A stretch of DNA of 64,000 nt from the human T2T-CHM13v2.0 reference genome, Homo sapiens. The position numbers and the translations under genes were made by a program. The notes under the pieces were generated by a model. It had not been told where the DNA came from. It saw only the letters and a program-made list of their open reading frames with translations, and did not search any database. Each line of letters begins with the position of its first letter. Position 1 is the stretch's first letter. Shown one piece after another: positions 59,093-64,000 of the stretch. The stretch lies in NCBI RefSeq assembly GCF_009914755.1, contig NC_060926.1, one strand, 5' to 3'.

Positions 59093-61154
59093 ACTAAGGA
59101 ATGATATTTACAGGTCTAAAAAACCAGAAATAGAGTACAGGAGCAAGAGGTGAAATAGTAGGCTCCACCAATCATCCTTCCTACAAGGACACCAGTTTAA
59201 CCACTATCTACACATAAAAAAAACACCTTCGTAAGAATCAAAAATCAGGCAAGCCCTCATAATATTGGTTTTATCTTTGTGTCCTTGAAAGAGGCACTAA
59301 AGAGATAGAAAAAAAAAAGAGACCTGAATTGCTGAAGCCACCACTCTCCCACCCCCTTTACAGAGGCGTATGGTGCATGGAGCTTCTCTAGGTGCTAGGG
59401 GAGGGAGACAGTGGTGAGGCATTGAACTCAGTGCTGTCCTGTTACAGAATAAAGGAAAACCAGACCAAATCCAGCTGTTGCCTGCCCATGGAGGAAGCAT
59501 TTAAAGCAGACCTAGCCAGAGAGAAATTGCATGTCCCAATGGACAGAACTTGAATTCCAGCAAATCTTACCACCAAGGGCTACAGTGCTGTGTGTCTTCA
59601 AGTAAATTTCAAAAGCAGTTTAAGCCACAAGAACTGCAACTCTTAGGTGAGTCCTAGTGCTGACTGGGCCCAGAGATAGTGGACTTGGGGGTGGGGGTGA
59701 GGCACATGACCTACTGGGACACCAGCCAAGGGCAACTAAGTGAGCGCTGGCATCACCCCTTCCCCAACCCCAGGCTGCACGGCTCATAGCTTCAAAAGAG
59801 ATTCCTTCCTTCCACCTGAGGAGAGGAGAGGGAATAGTGGGGAGCAATTTGTCTTGCATCTTGATACCAGCTCAGCCACAGCAGGAGAGGGCACCAGTCA
59901 GAGTTGTGAAGCTCTTGTTTTAGGCCCTACCTCCCAGATGGACATTTATAGACAAACCCTGGGCCAGAAGGGAACCAGCTGCCTTGAGGGGAGGGATCAA
60001 ATCCTGGCAGCATTCATCACCTGTTAACTGAAGGGCCCTTGGGCCCTGAATAACCAGCAGTGATACTCAGGTACTACATTGAGGGCCTTGGTGAGCCTCT
60101 GAGATGTGCTGGCTTCAGGTGAGACTCAGCAAATAAATGGCTGTGGTGGCCATAGGGCAAAACTTCTTCTGCTTGAGAAAAGCAGAGGGAAATGTAAAGG
60201 AGACTTTGTCTTTCACCTGAGATACCAGCACAGCCACAGGAAGGTAGAGCATCGAGTGGGCTCTTGGGGTCCCTGATTCCAGGACTTGACTCTTGGACAC
60301 ATTTCTGGACCTGCCCTGGGCCGCTGGCCTGAGACTTACTCTTCAGGTCATTGGGCTCCCCTCTGGCCTAGGTCAGGTCCCTTGGGCTGTAAGGGAACAT
60401 CACCACTAGTCTGGCAGTACTCCCCATGGCTTATGGTGGTGGTGGCTATAGGATGAGGCTCCATTGCCTTTGGAAAGTGGACAGAAGAATGGGAGGGACT
60501 TCATCTTGTAGTTTGAGTGCCAGGTTAGCTGCAGTATAATAGAACATCAGGCAGACTTCAGATGTTTTTTGACTTTAGTCCCTGAGTCACTTCTGGACCC
60601 ACTTGGGTCTGGGAGAAATCCCTGAAGGGAAGAAGATATGCCTGGATTGTTGTGCCAGCCCTGAAGGGAGGACACAGACCTGTCTGGTTTTGCCATCTGC
60701 TGAGTGTAGAGCCCCAGGGCCTTGAGTGAACATAGGTGGTGGCCAGGGAGTGGTCACAGCGGGCCTTGGGCAAGACCAAGTACTGTGCTGGCTTCAGGTC
60801 TGACCCAGTGCAGTCAGAACAGTGGTGGCCACAGGGGTGCTTGTGTCACTCTACCTCTAGCTTTAGGTGGCCCAGAACACACTCAGAGAGAGACTCTGTT
60901 TGGGAGAAAGTAAGGGAAGACAGCAAAGAGTCTCTGACTGGTAATACAGAGAATTCTCCTGGATCTTGTTCAAGACCATCAAGGCAGTACCTCTAGAAGT
61001 CTGCAAAAACCACATCATTATTGGCTTGTGGTGACCCCTAAAGAAGATACAGCTTAAATCACAACCCTCAAGTCCTTTCAAATATCTGCAAAGCCTTCCC
61101 AAGACAGACAGGTACAAAAGAAAGGGAAGACTACAAAAAATACTTGACTCTTCA

Positions 61155-62117
61155 ATGCATAGACACTGAAGAACATCTGATAGCATCAACACCACCCAGG
61201 AAAACATGACCTCACTAAATGAACTAAATAAGGCACTAGGGACCAATCCTGGAGAAACAGAGATATGTGACCTTTCAGACAGAGAACTCAAAATAGCTGC
61301 TTGAGGAAGCTCAAAGAAATTCAGGATGACACAGGGAACGAATTCAGAATTCTATCAGTTAAATTTTGGATAAATTCTCTCAGACAAAGAGATTGAAAAA
61401 ATTAAAAAGAATCAAACAGCCTGGAGCTGAAAAATGCAATTAGCATATTGAAGAATACGTTGGAGTTTTTAAATAGTAGAGTTGATTAAGCAGAAGAAAT
61501 AGTGAGCTAGAAGACAGCTATTTGAAAATACACAATCAGAGGAGACAAGAGAAAAGAGAATAAAAAACAATGAAGCATGCCTATAGGATCTAAAAAGTAG
61601 CCTCCGAAGGCCAAATCTAAGAGTTATTGGCCTTAAAGAGGAGGTAGAGAAAGAGATATGGGGTAGAAAGTTTACTTAAAGGAATAGTAAGAGAGAACTT
61701 CCCAAACCTAGAGAAAGATAGGAATACAAAAGGGTTATAAAACATCAAGCAGACTTAACCCAAAGAAGACTACCTTAAGGCAATTAATAATCAAACTCAC
61801 AAAGGTCAAGGATAAACAAGGATCCTAAACACAGCAAGAGAAAAGAAACAACATACAATGGAGCTCCAATTTGTCTGGCTGCAGACTTTTCAGTGGAAAC
61901 TTTACAGGCCAGAAAAGAATGGCACAACATATTTAAAGTGCTGAAAGAAAAAAAAAACTTTTACCCTAGAATAGTATATTCAGCAAAAATATACTTCAGA
62001 CAGGAAGGAGAAAGAAAGATTTTCCCAGATAGGCAAAAGCTGAGGGATTTCATCGCCAGACCTGTACTACCAGAAATTCTAAAGGAAGTACTTCAATCAG
62101 AAAGAAAAGGACATTAA
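61155..62117 (+). pseudogene. L1 ORF1 remnant (frameshifts and stops)
   Basis: ETLQARKEWHNIFKVLKEKKNFYPRIVYSAKIYF matches the ORF1p C-terminal domain. Confidence 0.85.
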
Positions 62118-62616
62118 TGAGCAATAAATAATCACCTGAAGTTACAAAACTCACTGGCAATAGTAAGTAAACACAGAAAAACATACAATGTTATGACACT
62201 GTAACTGTGGTTTTATAAACTACTCTTATCCTAAGTAGAAAGACTAACTTATGAACCAATAAAAAACAATGACAACAACTTTTCAAGATAGACATGGTAC
62301 AGTAAGACATACACAGACACAACCAAAGTTAAACAGTGAGGGGATGAAGTTAAGGCATAGAGTTTTTACTACTTTTCTTTTTGTTTGTTTATGCAAACAG
62401 TGTTAAATTGTTATTAGGTTAAAATAATAGGTGATAAGATACTATTTGCCAGCTTCATGGTAACCTCAAACCAAAAATCATGCAATGGACACACAAAAAA
62501 TAAAAAGCAAGAAACTAAATAGTATCACCAGAGAAAATGTCCTTCAGTAAACAAAGACAGGAATGAAAGAAAGATGGAAGAGAAGACCACAGAACAACCA
62601 GAAAACAAATAATAGC

Positions 62617-62710
62617 ATGGCAAGATTAAGTCCTCACCTATCAACAATAACACTGAATGTAAATGGACGAAACTCTCCAATCAAAAGACAGAGAGTGGCA
62701 CGCGCACATG

Positions 62711-62757
<47 letters not shown>

Positions 62758-64000
62758 ACCCAATGTTCTGTTGCCTAAAAGAAACACACTTCACCTATGA
62801 GGACACAAATAAATTGAAAACAAAGGAATGGAAAAAGATATCACATGCCAATGGAAACCAAAAAAGAGCAGGAGAATCTATACTTATATCAGACAAAATA
62901 GAGTTTAAGACAAAGACTGTAAGAAGAGACAAGGCCACTATACAATGATAAAGATGTCAATTCTGCAACAGAATATAATGATTCTAAACATATATGCGTT
63001 CAACACTGGAGCACCCAGATATGTAATGCAAATATTGGTAAAACTAAAAAGAGAGAGAGATGGGCCCCAATACAATAATAGCTGGAGACTTCAACACCCC
63101 AATTTCAGCATTGGACAGATCTTCCAGAAAGAAAATCAACAAAGAAACACTGGACTTCATCTGCACTATAGACCAAATGAATCTAATAGATATTTACAGA
63201 CTTTTCATCCAATGGCTTTAGAATACACATTATTTTCTTCAGCACATGGATTATTCTCAAGGATATATCATATGTTAGGTCACAGAACAAGTCTTAAAAC
63301 ATTCAAAAAATCAAAATAATATGAAGCATCTTCTCTGACCACAATGGAATAAAGCTATAAATTAATAATGAGAAGAATTTTGGAAACTAAGCAAATATGT
63401 AAATATTAAACAATATACTCCTGAGCGACCAGTAGGTCAATGAATAAGAAGGAAATTAAAAAATTTCTTAAAACAAATGATAATGGAAACACAACATACC
63501 AAAATCTATGGGATACAGCAAAAGCAGTACTAAGAGGGAAGCTTATAGCTATAAGTGCCTACATCAAAAAAGAGGAAAAACTTCAAATAAACAATCTAAT
63601 GATGCATCTTAAAGAACTAGAAAAGCAAGAGCAAATCAAACCCAAAATTAGGAGAAGAAAAGAAATAATAAATATCAGAGCAGAAATAAATGAAATTAAA
63701 ACAAAAAATACAACAGATCAAAGAAACACAGAGTTGGTTTCTTGAGAAGTTAAATAAAATTGACGAACATTTAGCAAGACTAAGAAAAAAGGGAGAGAAG
63801 ATAAAAATAAATAAAATCAGAAATGAAAAAGGAGACATTACAACTGATTCATACATCACAGTATTTCAAAGGATAATTAGTGGCTAATGTGAGCTACTAT
63901 ATGGCAATAAACTGGAAAATCCAGAAGAAATGGAAAAATTCCTACACACATACAACCTACCAAGATTGAATCAGGAAGAAATCCAAAATCTGAACAAACC
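62617..64000 (+). pseudogene. L1 ORF2 remnant (APE endonuclease and linker), disrupted
   Basis: [67 protein letters not shown] spread over several frames. Confidence 0.9.
62698..62752. repeat. (CG)/(CA)n alternating purine-pyrimidine microsatellite inside L1 ORF2
   Basis: gcacgcgcacatgcgcgcg(ca)n. Confidence 0.95.

Larger units (their letters stand above)
59132..64000 (+). mobile_element. Decayed full-length-type L1 (L1M1/L1MA1-3-like): ~2 kb 5'UTR, ORF1, ~500-bp spacer, ORF2 endonuclease region; continues past window edge
   Basis: 5'UTR start gagcaaga...ggctccaccaatc; ORF1 and ORF2 peptide remnants in the ORF track. Confidence 0.92.

Noticed and set aside
59132-64000. Potentially active L1
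   Set aside because: ORF1 and ORF2 have multiple stops and frameshifts plus a microsatellite in the endonuclease domain.

Overview
This is AT-rich primate (most likely human) non-coding genomic DNA, either intergenic or deep intronic, and dominated by interspersed repeats. It holds about 11 Alus (J, S and one Ye-lineage Y), many L1/L2/MIR fragments and more than 10 solo LTRs or LTR fragments (THE1B/C/D, MSTA, MLT1, MLT2, LTR16 and a complete CpG-rich LTR12C). It also has a few hAT-type DNA transposon fossils, microsatellites, a ~1 kb TA-rich tract and the 5' 4.9 kb of a decayed full-length L1 (L1M1/L1MA-type) running off the right edge. No protein-coding or RNA gene could be supported; the ORFs in the supplied track derive from repeats or low-complexity DNA, or look like chance ORFs. 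I did not find a new gene system. The most notable signals are mutational-mechanism footprints and regulatory candidates: (1) a perfect 41-bp inverted copy overlapping a 64-bp tandem duplication at 41.2-41.6 kb; (2) a fold-back micro-inversion in the L1 5'UTR at 60.3 kb; (3) three independent 5'-inverted (twin-primed) L1 insertions; (4) two L1s truncated at the same RNA hairpin; (5) a perfect palindromic RFX X-box beside an AP-1/ARE motif; (6) the LTR12C promoter. Repeat subfamily names come from my recall of consensus sequences, not from a search, and boundaries of old repeats are approximate.
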